Positions 30,672 to 41,329 of a stretch of 42,290 bases of DNA are shown here, piece by piece. This DNA is from a virus: positions 1 to 42,290 of the IMG/VR virus record IMGVR_UViG_3300021387_000086. One strand, 5' to 3'. A program made the translations under genes and the position numbers. The notes under the pieces are model-generated. The model was not told the DNA's origin. It saw only the letters and a program-made list of their open reading frames with translations, and did no database searches. Each line of letters begins with the position of its first letter. Position 1 is the first letter of the stretch.

Positions 30672-31889
30672 ATGTCTAAATCTCACACACAAGAGTTTAC
30701 CCCTTATGTTCCGGCGGTTCTGAGGAAGAACTGCCACGGGTATGTCATTGAGTATTACTTCCTGAACGGCTTGACCGGCGAGCAGGAACGGCGAACCATC
30801 AAGATGAACCGCATCCGGAAGCGGTGCCAGACCGCTGCCGAGTTCAAGCAGTACGCGCAGAGCGTGATCTGTAACCTCAACATCAAACTCGCTAACGGTT
30901 GGAGTCCCATGGGCGAGGTGCAGAACACCCGTGAGTTCGTGCCGCTGCCGCAGATCATCGACCAGTACATGCGGGAGAAAGAGAGTGAGCTGTCCACCAG
31001 TTCACTCCCGGCGTATCGTTCCTTCACCGGTCGTCTGAAGGAATGGATAGAGACGCAGTACCCGCAATGCAACTGTGCGCTGTTTACGAAACTCATGGCG
31101 GTGCAGTTCCTCGACTACCTCTGGAGCGGGAAGAGTGCCCGGTACAACTGCGGCAAGAAGATGAACCAGGCTGACAACCATATCAGCGAGCGAGCGTATA
31201 ACAGTAACCTCAAACTCGGCCGTGCGTTCTTCAGCTGGTGCATCAACAAGTGCTACGCGAAGGAGAATCCCTTCGAGACTATCAAGCCCAAGCGAACGAA
31301 ACAGAAGACCCGCACGCTCATTCCGGAGACGATACGGTTACAGATCGACGGGTACTGGGCAGAACATAACCCTGCGATGCAGCTCATGTGCCGGCTGGTT
31401 TATACGGCGCTGCTGCGTCCGGTGGAGGCGACGAGGGTACAAGTGCACCAGATACGGTACGACCGCGATTGTATCGTCATGCCTTGCGAGCAGACCAAGA
31501 ACGGCAAGGAACGTGTCGGGCGGTTGGATGCCAGTCTGAAGGCATTGCTGCGACAGTACACCGCCGGAGCCGGACCGACGGACTACCTCTTCAGCAACCG
31601 CGAATGGAAGCCCGGCAAGAAGCCCAAGAACAGCCAAATGTTCGCGAAAGAGTGGATGAAGATGCGCAAGGAACTGAAGCTGCCTGCGAAGTACCAACTC
31701 TATTCTCTCCGGGACACCGGCATCAGCGACCTCATGCACGATGGCGTTGCAGATATCGACGTGATGCACGCCGCCGGCCATAGTGACCTGAACATGACAA
31801 CGCGCTATGCAGACCATATCGACGATGACCTGATAGCGCGCATCAATTCCAAGAGCCAGTTCCGGAAGCGTCAGCCGACAATCTCGTAG
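30672..31889 (+). CDS. int: Tyrosine integrase
   Basis: ATG at 30672 after an A-rich leader. ALLRPVEA (Arg), YSLRDTG (Arg), AAGHSDLNMTTRYADH (His and Tyr nucleophile). Confidence 0.9.
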   Translation: MSKSHTQEFTPYVPAVLRKNCHGYVIEYYFLNGLTGEQERRTIKMNRIRKRCQTAAEFKQYAQSVICNLNIKLANGWSPMGEVQNTREFVPLPQIIDQYMREKESELSTSSLPAYRSFTGRLKEWIETQYPQCNCALFTKLMAVQFLDYLWSGKSARYNCGKKMNQADNHISERAYNSNLKLGRAFFSWCINKCYAKENPFETIKPKRTKQKTRTLIPETIRLQIDGYWAEHNPAMQLMCRLVYTALLRPVEATRVQVHQIRYDRDCIVMPCEQTKNGKERVGRLDASLKALLRQYTAGAGPTDYLFSNREWKPGKKPKNSQMFAKEWMKMRKELKLPAKYQLYSLRDTGISDLMHDGVADIDVMHAAGHSDLNMTTRYADHIDDDLIARINSKSQFRKRQPTIS

Positions 31890-33697
31890 AACTCGCCCTC
31901 GATGAGTTCGGACATGCCTTTCGTTGTGAAGTGAGCGGTGAGACGAAGACAGGCGTATCGTTTGCCTTTGATGACATAGATAGCCGTGGCGGATGGCAGC
32001 GAGGACGCAAGAAACTTGTACCGATAGAGCTTCGTCTCGTCCACTTGGGGAAGTTGAAAAAAATTTTGACCAACCTCATTACTATACGGCGTGATGGTAG
32101 CCCCATATACCATGAACCCGGTATGATACGTTGGAACATCGCCACCTGTAGCATTTATCGTTTGCTGAGCATACTCGGTACCGTACACCGGCTCCCACTT
32201 TCGAGTATTCAAGTTGTAACCATTCTCGTCATACGAACCACTATGTAGAACTACGAACAGTTTATCGTATTTCTCATCCAGTTCGCCCTCTTTCGCTTTC
32301 CGGAGATCTTCCGCAGAATACCCACCGGAATATAGTTGATCGATAGACAAACCTTTAATCTGAATAACAGGCATCTTATATGGAATGGAGATAGCTGAAT
32401 TCGTCTCAGTATATTCTCCGTCCGTGTCAATTTTACACCACTTGCCATAATATTTATGCTTTATCCTCATAGTTTGAAGGGTGCAAGGTATAACCTTCAA
32501 TTCTTCACCCTCCGGATCACTCCAATACTGATTGAGCAGTTCCATCTGAATGAAGTGCTCTTTATCAGATCCTCCAAGGTCGCTACGCTCTTGAATATCC
32601 GTAAAGGCAATATAACCGGCAAACAAGTTATACTGGTCATATAATTGATATAAAGCCGTTGTCTTCAGAACCGCACTGATATCATCGTTATGCGTTGCAG
32701 CATAAGTAGTTGAATATTGCTGATCCTCCAATTTACCTCGTACCTCTGTCATAGCTAGAATATTCTCCTCAAGCATCCATGGACATATATTGATGTTATC
32801 CGGATTGCACTCATCCGGAAGCTTTACTTTTATTGCTTTTAGATACTCGCCGCTTGCCTCTTGCTGTTCTACCTTGAACTCATCAACGACTTTCAACTCT
32901 TCCTCTCCATATATATAATACTTAGCAGGAGTGAACAGCACCCTATTCGACTGCGAGTCGATTGAAAGGATAAAGCCATACAACTTGGCTATCTCCTTAA
33001 AGAACTCTTTTACCGTCCAGTGAGGAAGAGTCTTATTCAATTGCATAAAACCCTTCAGTCCATAACGACCGTAACCATTTACATATTTAATATAATTCGT
33101 CGTGTTGCACACCACAAGCCTACTAAACCAGCTTGGCAAATTATTATAATTCACCGTTATTCCTACAGACTGAGCGATAAAGTCCACCAAGTGATAGAGA
33201 TATATATGCCGATACGTTGCGTTATTGTTCTGATCAGAATATACATCTTCCTTATCAGAATCCCAAACAGGCAGATCTACCCAACCGCTTCCCATTGCAT
33301 CAGCCACATGTTCTGCTACACCGTCCGTTCCATCGATAGCCGAGTAATCGATCTCGTCAATATAAACACGAAGATTGTCTCCATCAAATTGCTGTGTACT
33401 CATCCCCTCGAGGAACTGGGCTTTGACGGATACATCGTTGACCTCAGTGATGGTCAGGATACCGGACTTATTAAACGACTCCGTGGTGATCCGGCACGGG
33501 AACGTGACGGTGGAGATATTCACGCCCTTGACGTGCAGCGCACCGAAAATCAGAATGTTCTCCGGGCAGTCCTTCATCGGGAACTCAATCTCCAGCGTGT
33601 AATCCTCCGCTTCCGTGAACAGAGGGTTCTCCGACACATATTCAAACGAGGAGCCTGTTTTCAGGACTGCCTCTTTTCCGTTAACTAAGATTTTCAT
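31871..33697 (-). CDS. Distal tail / baseplate-type protein (608 aa)
   Basis: ATGA overlap with the tape measure gene; position typical of Dit/Tal-type proteins. Confidence 0.55.
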   Translation of the reverse strand: MKILVNGKEAVLKTGSSFEYVSENPLFTEAEDYTLEIEFPMKDCPENILIFGALHVKGVNISTVTFPCRITTESFNKSGILTITEVNDVSVKAQFLEGMSTQQFDGDNLRVYIDEIDYSAIDGTDGVAEHVADAMGSGWVDLPVWDSDKEDVYSDQNNNATYRHIYLYHLVDFIAQSVGITVNYNNLPSWFSRLVVCNTTNYIKYVNGYGRYGLKGFMQLNKTLPHWTVKEFFKEIAKLYGFILSIDSQSNRVLFTPAKYYIYGEEELKVVDEFKVEQQEASGEYLKAIKVKLPDECNPDNINICPWMLEENILAMTEVRGKLEDQQYSTTYAATHNDDISAVLKTTALYQLYDQYNLFAGYIAFTDIQERSDLGGSDKEHFIQMELLNQYWSDPEGEELKVIPCTLQTMRIKHKYYGKWCKIDTDGEYTETNSAISIPYKMPVIQIKGLSIDQLYSGGYSAEDLRKAKEGELDEKYDKLFVVLHSGSYDENGYNLNTRKWEPVYGTEYAQQTINATGGDVPTYHTGFMVYGATITPYSNEVGQNFFQLPQVDETKLYRYKFLASSLPSATAIYVIKGKRYACLRLTAHFTTKGMSELIEGEFYEIVG

Positions 33698-36600
33698 TTT
33701 GCAGACTTGTTTTTCATTAACTGATTATATTTCCGTTGCTGGCGGAGGATGCCTTTGTCGCCGGTCATGGTAGTGGCGGCATAGATACCGTTGTCGAGGG
33801 TTCGGTTCAGCCGGTCGATGGACTCGCTGAAGGAAGCGCTTCCGTTGGACTGTTGATGCGCTTCGGTTGGAGAACTGATGCGCTCCGATGAAGAAACGGA
33901 TGCGCTTGGACTCGGCTTGGAGAGTTGCCCGATGGTGTTGGTGCGCTGTGCTTGATCGAGCTGGGCGATGGTGGCTGCAGCGGTGGGGTTCGCCAGCAGT
34001 TCCTGCGAGGCAACCCATTCACCGGCATGGACGATACCGGCAGGTTGGTACTTGCCGCCCGGCATGGTATAACCACCGGCTGCATAACCCTGTGCCATCG
34101 CCGCTTCGTGTTGCTTCTTCATCGCATTGATCTGCAAGCCTGTTGCCATCAATGACATTCCTAACATCAAAGGACCAAGAACGAGACCGGCAGGGAAACC
34201 GGCACCCATACCGGCATTCCAAGCGTTAATGGCAGCCAAAGCTCCTTGAGCGATAGCAGAGAAGATATTCATTTTGAACTCCTTATCGGCAGCCTCGGTC
34301 TTCATCTTTCCTATCTCCTCCTGTTTCTTCTGCTCCAATTGCTCCACTAAGTCCTTATTATCTCCGGCAGCTGCTATTTCGGTATCATAACGCTTCTCTA
34401 TCTGTGCAGTCTGCAATTCCACTTCGGCTTGCATCAACGAAGTTACCCCTGAGAATAGATTACCGATAGCATCCGTAATGGCAGAGAATGCGTTGATGAA
34501 CTTCTTGGCTCCTTCCGTTTGCAGGAAGCCAGTCATTCTCTCAAACGTAGCACGAGCAGAGTCCTCTGTCTCCATACCGATCTGGTCATTATACTGCTTA
34601 GCCAGTTCGAAACGTGCAAGATGGTACGCTTCCTCTAACTTCAGACGCTCCTCCGAACCTTCCTCCGTCTTACTCTTCAAATGCTCATAGAGGGCATCTA
34701 ATTGTCCCAGCTGTTCCGCATAGCCATCGGAATCAGTCACGCCCAAATCCTTGATATCGAAGAAAGCCTTCTGCAGCTGCTCCTGAATACGCTTGGCATC
34801 GGCGGCGTGCTTCTGCTGAATGGCAGTCGATCGCTGCTGATATCGCTCCTCCGCTTTGAGGCGTTCCTTGGAGCCTTCCTCGTAGGTGTTGGCGAGGTTA
34901 CGGAGGTGCTCCAACTCGGCTTGCTCGGTAGCGAGCTGGTAGGCTTTGGCGGACAGTTCCGAATCGGCATAGCGTTGGTCGAGAACGGCTTTCACATCGG
35001 CATACCGCTTCTGCTCCGCCTCGACCGTCTGCCCGGTCTGCTGATCCTGCAGTTTCTTCTCGGCGGCTAACATGGCAGCCTGCGCCTCCAGATACTCGGT
35101 GCTGCCCTTCTGATAGAGCGACATCTTCTGCCTGTTGAAGTTCACCTCTGCCTGTATTTGAGCGGTGGTGTATGCCTCGAAATCTTTCTCTCCCTGCAGA
35201 TAGGCAACCTGATTGATCGCCATCTCTTTCTTCTTGGCATCCTCCAACTTCTGCAGCTTCTCCTTCAGGGCTTTCTCCGGATCCTCCTTCTCCGCTGCCG
35301 GAGTGGGTGTACTGTTATCCGGAGTGACCGTCTTCGTCTCCACCTCTACCGTAACCGGCACCACCGGCGGAATCTCTGCCATCTTCTTCTGCAGCTTATC
35401 GATCTGCGCGTTGGCTTCCTCGATATCCTTGTTAGCGGCTACCTGATTGGAGAAGGCTTTACCCTTGGCTTTTTTCTCGGAGCGAGAGAGAGCATTCCAA
35501 TCCTTATCATGATCCGTCTCTGCTCCGGCACGGTACATATACTCGTAGCCGTCGAGCTCGGCGGTGGCTTCGTCTTTCTGCAACTCTGCTTGCGCTTTCT
35601 TCCGGTACTGTTCCTGCAGCATCTCCTCATAAGCTTGCATCTTCAGCTTCCGGTCGAGCGCAGTCAGATAGTCATTGATAGCGTCGCGGTTATCATTGAT
35701 CAGCTTGCCCTCGTCGGTGAGAGAAGCATGATATCCCGGCACGATGGCTTGCAGTTCCTTGAGAGCCTTGCGCCGGTACTCCAATGACAGATTGTTATTA
35801 TTGACCGCTGCCGTCAGTTGATCGACCTTGGCCTTCTGTTCTGCAAAGGATTTCGCTGCCTGCTGATTAGCACGGCCAATCACATCCATTTCTTTTGCAG
35901 CCTCACGGGCTCTATGGACAAAGACCGCAATAGCAGTACCTACAGCAGCCAATACGGCGAGTACCGCACCCAGTGGGTTGGCAGCCAATGCGGCATTGAA
36001 TGCCCGAACGGCTACGACCGCCTTCTTGATGCCGGAGGTGAAAGCCGTCCAAGCCTCTTGTGCCTTGACCGCTGCATAATAAGTGACCAGCGCAGCGGTG
36101 GCAGTGAGAATCGCTACACGATACTCCTTGACGAACTGAATCACCTTGAGCAGCACTCGCATGGTCATCGAGGTGGATGATATCACCTTGGAGACGATAG
36201 GCATGAGTTCCTTGCCGAGCGTGACCGCCATCTCGGTGAAGCCCTTGCGTGCTTTCTCGAGACCGGCTTGGACGGTGGTGTTCTGCACCTCAAACTCTTT
36301 GTCGATGGATACTGCCTCGCTGAATGCCACATTCGCGGCTTCCTGCTGTTGGCGCACCATATCCACGTTGCCGGCAAGGGCAGCGAGGACTGCCGATGCC
36401 CGGGCACCGTTCTCTCCCATATCGGCGAACACCGGCGCGAGAGAGTCAATACCTCCGAGCTCATGGAGCCGTTCGAGCAACATGAGTAACCCCTCGTTGG
36501 TGCTGCGTTTGCAGGTCTCGGCGAACTCCTCCACGGCGAGACCGGTGGCGTTGGCTATCTTCGCCGGGTCCTTAAAGAGGTTCATGATGACCTTGGAGAG

Positions 36601-37605
36601 GGCGGTCGAGGACATCTCCAGCTTCTGACCTTGGCTATCGAGCACCGCACCGAAGCCCATGATCTCCGGAATAGTCATGTGGGCCTGAGCACCGACACCG
36701 GCGAGACGCTGGGCGAACTCTGCCAGATAGGGTGCAGCGGCGGTGGAGTTCTGCGAGAGCTCGTTGATGACCGAACCAACCGCCAACAGTGACCGTTCGG
36801 TACCGAGTGCCTGTTTATCGCCGAAGATATCCGTCAGCTTCGAGAGCGTCAGCGTGGCACCATCGCCCAAGTCATCGAGGGCGACGTTGATCTTATCGGC
36901 GGCTTTGACGAAACCTAACACATCCTCCTCGGATTGCAGACCGAGCCGACCGGCTTCCTGTGCAAGTTTGTTCAACTCCTCACGTGATGTACGAGTGTCC
37001 ATCTTCTTGAAAGCGTCGTTCAGATGGTTGACTTCCTCCTCGGTCATGCCGGTGTACTTGCGGACGTTGGCTTCCTCTTGTTGCATCTCGGCGTAGGTAT
37101 TAACGGCTTTCTTGCCTGCCATGACCACACCGGAGAAAGCAGCTACCGCACCGGCGGCCATTGCGCCCCAGTTCTGGATGCCATTCCTCATCCGGACGAG
37201 TAACGACTCCGATTGCTTCATCTCCGCATTGACCTTATCCAGTTCGGCTTTGACGAGTTGGATCTTCGCCACGTGTTCGTTCCAAGCGGACGAGCCACGC
37301 TCGATATGCTTGAGCTGATTATTAAGGGTGGTGAGTGTCTTCCGGAGCTCGTGGGGCGTCGCCTTATCGAGACGCGCCATGACATCCGCCACGTTCTTGG
37401 TGGAGGACTGCACCTGCTTGATGGTCTGGTTGACATCCTTGAGGGACTTATTCAGTTCCTTCTGCGCAGCCTTATCGCCACGACGGACAGCCTCCTCCAG
37501 CTGCTTGCCAAGGTTCTCGGCTTCCTTCTGCAGGATCGCCAGTGTTTTCTCTGCCTGTTTGCCATTGATGTACAGGCCTACGGTGGTATCGTTATTCTGT
37601 GCCAT
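33694..37605 (-). CDS. Tail tape measure protein
   Basis: 1303 aa. Long coiled-coil segments, internal hydrophobic helices, and a TP901-type core (LGDGATLTLSKLTDIF...ALSKVIMNLF). C-terminal GGYTMPGGKYQPAGIVHAGEWV. Confidence 0.9.
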   Translation of the reverse strand: MAQNNDTTVGLYINGKQAEKTLAILQKEAENLGKQLEEAVRRGDKAAQKELNKSLKDVNQTIKQVQSSTKNVADVMARLDKATPHELRKTLTTLNNQLKHIERGSSAWNEHVAKIQLVKAELDKVNAEMKQSESLLVRMRNGIQNWGAMAAGAVAAFSGVVMAGKKAVNTYAEMQQEEANVRKYTGMTEEEVNHLNDAFKKMDTRTSREELNKLAQEAGRLGLQSEEDVLGFVKAADKINVALDDLGDGATLTLSKLTDIFGDKQALGTERSLLAVGSVINELSQNSTAAAPYLAEFAQRLAGVGAQAHMTIPEIMGFGAVLDSQGQKLEMSSTALSKVIMNLFKDPAKIANATGLAVEEFAETCKRSTNEGLLMLLERLHELGGIDSLAPVFADMGENGARASAVLAALAGNVDMVRQQQEAANVAFSEAVSIDKEFEVQNTTVQAGLEKARKGFTEMAVTLGKELMPIVSKVISSTSMTMRVLLKVIQFVKEYRVAILTATAALVTYYAAVKAQEAWTAFTSGIKKAVVAVRAFNAALAANPLGAVLAVLAAVGTAIAVFVHRAREAAKEMDVIGRANQQAAKSFAEQKAKVDQLTAAVNNNNLSLEYRRKALKELQAIVPGYHASLTDEGKLINDNRDAINDYLTALDRKLKMQAYEEMLQEQYRKKAQAELQKDEATAELDGYEYMYRAGAETDHDKDWNALSRSEKKAKGKAFSNQVAANKDIEEANAQIDKLQKKMAEIPPVVPVTVEVETKTVTPDNSTPTPAAEKEDPEKALKEKLQKLEDAKKKEMAINQVAYLQGEKDFEAYTTAQIQAEVNFNRQKMSLYQKGSTEYLEAQAAMLAAEKKLQDQQTGQTVEAEQKRYADVKAVLDQRYADSELSAKAYQLATEQAELEHLRNLANTYEEGSKERLKAEERYQQRSTAIQQKHAADAKRIQEQLQKAFFDIKDLGVTDSDGYAEQLGQLDALYEHLKSKTEEGSEERLKLEEAYHLARFELAKQYNDQIGMETEDSARATFERMTGFLQTEGAKKFINAFSAITDAIGNLFSGVTSLMQAEVELQTAQIEKRYDTEIAAAGDNKDLVEQLEQKKQEEIGKMKTEAADKEFKMNIFSAIAQGALAAINAWNAGMGAGFPAGLVLGPLMLGMSLMATGLQINAMKKQHEAAMAQGYAAGGYTMPGGKYQPAGIVHAGEWVASQELLANPTAAATIAQLDQAQRTNTIGQLSKPSPSASVSSSERISSPTEAHQQSNGSASFSESIDRLNRTLDNGIYAATTMTGDKGILRQQRKYNQLMKNKSAK

Positions 37606-37617
37606 ATAATTATAATG

Positions 37618-39246
37618 TTATCCTACGCCATAGACGCTGATGGTGTTGGTCTTGACGGGTTTGTTATTCATGCCGATAAAGAGCGTATCGAAGGCATCGG
37701 TGCCGTCGGTACGGTGCTCGAGCAGGTTTTCCTCGGTCTCGCCGAGTTTCTCCCCTGCCTTGTATTTCTTGAAGCCGTTGGATCCCCGGATGATGCCGGC
37801 GGACTCGATAGCCACCAACAGGGCTTCGTTGTTATCGATATTGAAGTACGGAACGAGGCGCGCCTTGCCGGCAAAGCCCCGGTTGATGAGCAGGTACTTC
37901 TCCGTGTGCCGCATCGGGTGACCGAGATAGACGGACTTGATCTTCCAGCCATGGGAGATGAACTCCCGTTCGATGACTTTCTTGAAGTCGTCCTTATTGA
38001 CGGCATAGTTCGACCCGAGAGCGGTGGAGTCGTAATAGAAGATGACTTGCTTCTTGCGGTGGTTGCGGTAGTAGGTGCAGAAATCATCGACGAGTGCCGG
38101 TATCTTCCGCTCGAACTTGACATAGAAGGAGTGAATGACATTGAGCCTACCTTTGCACTCCTGCCCGGCTACTATCCAGTTGATGTTCGCGTTGTAGTCC
38201 ATGCCGATGCAGATAGGCTTATCCGGATCCACATCGCGGTCGGCTTGCGAGTTGAGCAGCTTCTGATACTCCTTCTCTGTCTTGCCATAGCCGAGTGAAG
38301 CCAGATACTCATTGTTGGCATCGTGGTACTTGTGCCGTTCGGTCATGGAGTTATAAAAGCCGTCCTGCAGAATGCCGATACGCTGGCAGAGGATAGAGGT
38401 GCGGAAGACGAGCGGCGGCAGGTCGCGCTTCATATCCTTGATATAATTGACTCCGACCACCTCGAGGTTCTCGATAGTGGAGACCTCGACGTACAGCACC
38501 GCCACCGATCGCAGCTGATTGAGCAGCCGGTTATTGGTGCGGAGGTGGTACTTGAGGTAGGACGGCACTTCCTCACCGGCGGCACGGAGGGCACGGACAC
38601 GCTCCTTCATTTGGAACTCCCGATTGACCAGCGTCTCGATGCAGCCAATGAGTTCCTCATTCATCTTCTCGCGGTAGTTGAGGAACCACGAACCCTTGGA
38701 GCCCACCGGCATATCCGACATAATCATTATCGAATGGTGGTAGGAGTGTTTGCCGAAATAGGCTTTGATACCACCGTTCGCCGGCAAGGTCTCGTCCTTG
38801 AGTTTCTCGAAGTTGATGAACTTGGCTTCGTCGATGAGCAGCCAGTCGAGGGTGAGGGAGTTGGAACTACCGGCTATGTCCTGCGATATGAGGACCGCCT
38901 TGGACCCATTATAGAAGGAAATCACGTGCTCGTACTCGCGCGGTTCGATGCGTGCTTCCCCGAAGCCCTTCGGCGGTTTCTTCCCGACCACGTAATGGAT
39001 ACCTTCAATCAGACCCATCGCCTTCCAGCAGCTGAACAGTCCCGGAAGGGTGTTGGTCAGACCGTGCCGGAAGGTCGGTACAACGATGCCGCCGGTAGAG
39101 CCGGGCATCCGCTGCATGTTCCGGTAGGCGAACGGCGCACCCATGCCGTAGGTTTTACCTGTACGGCGACCGGCAACGACAACGGTCGTCTTCGCTCCGA
39201 TGTACATCACCCGCTGTTGGATCTTATTGAAGTATAACTCTGACAT
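37618..39246 (-). CDS. terL: Terminase large subunit
   Basis: Walker A VVAGRRTGKTYG, Walker B WLLIDEAKF, nuclease-domain ICIGMDYN; 542 aa. Confidence 0.9.
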   Translation of the reverse strand: MSELYFNKIQQRVMYIGAKTTVVVAGRRTGKTYGMGAPFAYRNMQRMPGSTGGIVVPTFRHGLTNTLPGLFSCWKAMGLIEGIHYVVGKKPPKGFGEARIEPREYEHVISFYNGSKAVLISQDIAGSSNSLTLDWLLIDEAKFINFEKLKDETLPANGGIKAYFGKHSYHHSIMIMSDMPVGSKGSWFLNYREKMNEELIGCIETLVNREFQMKERVRALRAAGEEVPSYLKYHLRTNNRLLNQLRSVAVLYVEVSTIENLEVVGVNYIKDMKRDLPPLVFRTSILCQRIGILQDGFYNSMTERHKYHDANNEYLASLGYGKTEKEYQKLLNSQADRDVDPDKPICIGMDYNANINWIVAGQECKGRLNVIHSFYVKFERKIPALVDDFCTYYRNHRKKQVIFYYDSTALGSNYAVNKDDFKKVIEREFISHGWKIKSVYLGHPMRHTEKYLLINRGFAGKARLVPYFNIDNNEALLVAIESAGIIRGSNGFKKYKAGEKLGETEENLLEHRTDGTDAFDTLFIGMNNKPVKTNTISVYGVG

Positions 39247-39249
39247 ATA

Positions 39250-39867
39250 TTACTCCTTCTGCTCCGGAGCCTCCGGGAAGAGTGTATCTTCCTCCAAATC
39301 GGCTTCCTCGAAATCCACGTCCTCGATATCGGGGTTATCCATGGACATCTGTTTCTTGAGACGCGCTTTGACCTCATCGACGTTCGGGATGACCTTGAGT
39401 CCGATGATGGTCGGGTCGGAGGACGGGGTGAAGGGCTGAATGACAATCTGCTCGTAGGGCAGTATCTTCTCGTCCTCCAGATCGACGCGGTTGACCTTGC
39501 CCAGTTCCTTGGCAGCCATCGCCATGGCTTTCGTGTCCTTGCGTGCCTTCGCCATGTTGTAGGTCTCCAGCAGCATCTCGCTCACCTGCTTGCGGTAGAA
39601 CTCGCGGGATGCCGGAGCGAGAGCCGGCACCAGCTGCTTGACCAAAGCGAGGTCGGCATAGGCGGCGGACTGCGAGAGGTTGAACTTGCCGGTGAAGATA
39701 TCGATGAACTTGCGGTCCCGTTCGGAGGGGTTGGCAATCATCCAGTTGTACATCTCCCGGATACGCATCAGATGAGCGACACGCGCTTCATCGTATCGCT
39801 GCAGCAGCTCTTCCCGGGGAGTGAACATCTCCCGCTGAGCCAGTTCTATATTCTTGATCTGTGCCAT
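39250..39867 (-). CDS. Putative terminase small subunit
   Basis: 205 aa, immediately upstream of terL, acidic C-terminus; the call is positional only. Confidence 0.4.
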   Translation of the reverse strand: MAQIKNIELAQREMFTPREELLQRYDEARVAHLMRIREMYNWMIANPSERDRKFIDIFTGKFNLSQSAAYADLALVKQLVPALAPASREFYRKQVSEMLLETYNMAKARKDTKAMAMAAKELGKVNRVDLEDEKILPYEQIVIQPFTPSSDPTIIGLKVIPNVDEVKARLKKQMSMDNPDIEDVDFEEADLEEDTLFPEAPEQKE

Positions 39868-40145
39868 TACTCGTCATCCTCCATATCGAGCAGGTTATTA
39901 TGTGCGTTCTGCAGAGCGAGCGGCGAACCGACCTTGGCCAGCTGCATCTCCTGGGCGAGCAGTTCCGCCTTGGAGGTAGCCTTGCCGCGTCGGTACCGGC
40001 GACTGACCTCCGTGGACTCGTTGGATATCTCGGCGCGCAGCTGCTCCGGCTCGACCTCAATGATGAGCGCGATATCGGAGATCTTCATGTAGATAGAAGA
40101 CAGCTTCTCGACCTGCTCCAGTTGTGCCTCGGTTAACTCAATCAT
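39867..40145 (-). CDS. Small HTH-like protein (possible packaging DNA-recognition component)
   Basis: 92 aa; KISDIALIIEVEPEQLRAEI helix-turn-helix-like segment. Confidence 0.4.
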   Translation of the reverse strand: MIELTEAQLEQVEKLSSIYMKISDIALIIEVEPEQLRAEISNESTEVSRRYRRGKATSKAELLAQEMQLAKVGSPLALQNAHNNLLDMEDDE

Positions 40146-40635
40146 CCCACTCCTCCGGCTTGTACGACATATCCACGAACGTATCTACCGCCACCTCGAA
40201 CATACAGACGGCAGTACCGGGAATGAGTGCCGACGGTGCTTCCTGCAGGTTGATCCGGGGGTCGAGGTACTGCGCATTCTCCATGAGCAGCGTCTTCTCC
40301 ATCAGCAGCTTCGAACAGAACTGCCGGTTGATCTCCTTAATCGTATCGAGACACCGCTGCCGGGCATCCATGTCGCCGAGCTTATGACGCATGGCGATGA
40401 ACACGGTATTCATCTGGCGGATGTGCGGCGTAGGATCCAGCTCCGTATAACCGGCAGCGTTATCGGCTACCATGATGAAGTTCGGGGTGGACTGCATCTT
40501 AGCTATAGCCTCCTCCACGCCCTTCAGCCCGGAGACACGGACGAAAGCGAAATGTTTGCTCTGCGCCAACTTATTCTTCTCGGTCAGCCGTTTGTAAAAG
40601 TCCACGGCAGACCATGCGGTCGTTCTATTTTCCAT
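40138..40635 (-). CDS. Hypothetical protein (165 aa)
   Basis: ATG at 40635 (MENRTTAWSAV) overlaps the upstream gene end; the track start 40683 is extended. Confidence 0.5.
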   Translation of the reverse strand: MENRTTAWSAVDFYKRLTEKNKLAQSKHFAFVRVSGLKGVEEAIAKMQSTPNFIMVADNAAGYTELDPTPHIRQMNTVFIAMRHKLGDMDARQRCLDTIKEINRQFCSKLLMEKTLLMENAQYLDPRINLQEAPSALIPGTAVCMFEVAVDTFVDMSYKPEEWDD

Positions 40636-41329
40636 GATTATCGTATTTTTTTTTGAGATCCTCGTATTCCTGAGCCTGTGCATCGAGTTCGGTGAGGGCT
40701 CGCCACGTATCCATCTCGAATATCTCTTTCTCCTTGGTGATATCTCCCTTGGTGAGAGCGCGGATCTGCATGTTCCTTGCGTTCCTCAGGCGGTTGTATA
40801 TCGCCGCCTCGCTCTCCTCTTCCTCCCCGACCGGCGCCGGAACGAAGAAATGCGGAAAACGGGATGCGAACAGCTTCTTGACGGATGCTACCCATAGGAA
40901 GACACTGTAGGCTTCCACCGGCGACAGCTCCAGCCGTTTGCCGTACAGCACCTCGGCGATATCATTGAGCAGCGATATCTCTTTCTTGTGCAGATACCCT
41001 TGGTACTTGGCTTCGATGAGCAGATAGTCCTCGAACCGCAATCCCCGGAAGTCGGCATTCTCCTGTGCTTCGGTTCCTTGGATCTTCTCGAGGCACACCG
41101 GTCGGTCGGGTATCTCGAGCAGCCATTTCATCATCGGTAGGAAAGCCGCTATCTGTTCGGGCTTCAGCACCTCCAACTGTTCCTGACTCAGTTTGCCCCA
41201 CCGGATGAGACAGAGCGACATCACTTGATCCGGCGAATAATGCTCGGAGGACAGCAGGAAGAACGCATAGCGCTTCTGCTGTTCGGTCAGTTCGGACCAG
41301 GAGGTGGGGACGGTGATATCTATTCTCAT
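40625..41329 (-). CDS. Hypothetical protein (234 aa)
   Basis: ATG at 41329 in an ATGA overlap with the upstream stop (the track start is TTG). Confidence 0.5.
   Translation of the reverse strand: MRIDITVPTSWSELTEQQKRYAFFLLSSEHYSPDQVMSLCLIRWGKLSQEQLEVLKPEQIAAFLPMMKWLLEIPDRPVCLEKIQGTEAQENADFRGLRFEDYLLIEAKYQGYLHKKEISLLNDIAEVLYGKRLELSPVEAYSVFLWVASVKKLFASRFPHFFVPAPVGEEEESEAAIYNRLRNARNMQIRALTKGDITKEKEIFEMDTWRALTELDAQAQEYEDLKKKYDNHGK

Noticed and set aside
37213-39237. 361-aa and 304-aa plus-strand ORFs
   Set aside because: They are antisense to the tape measure and large terminase genes. I treat them as a by-product of codon bias, not as genes.
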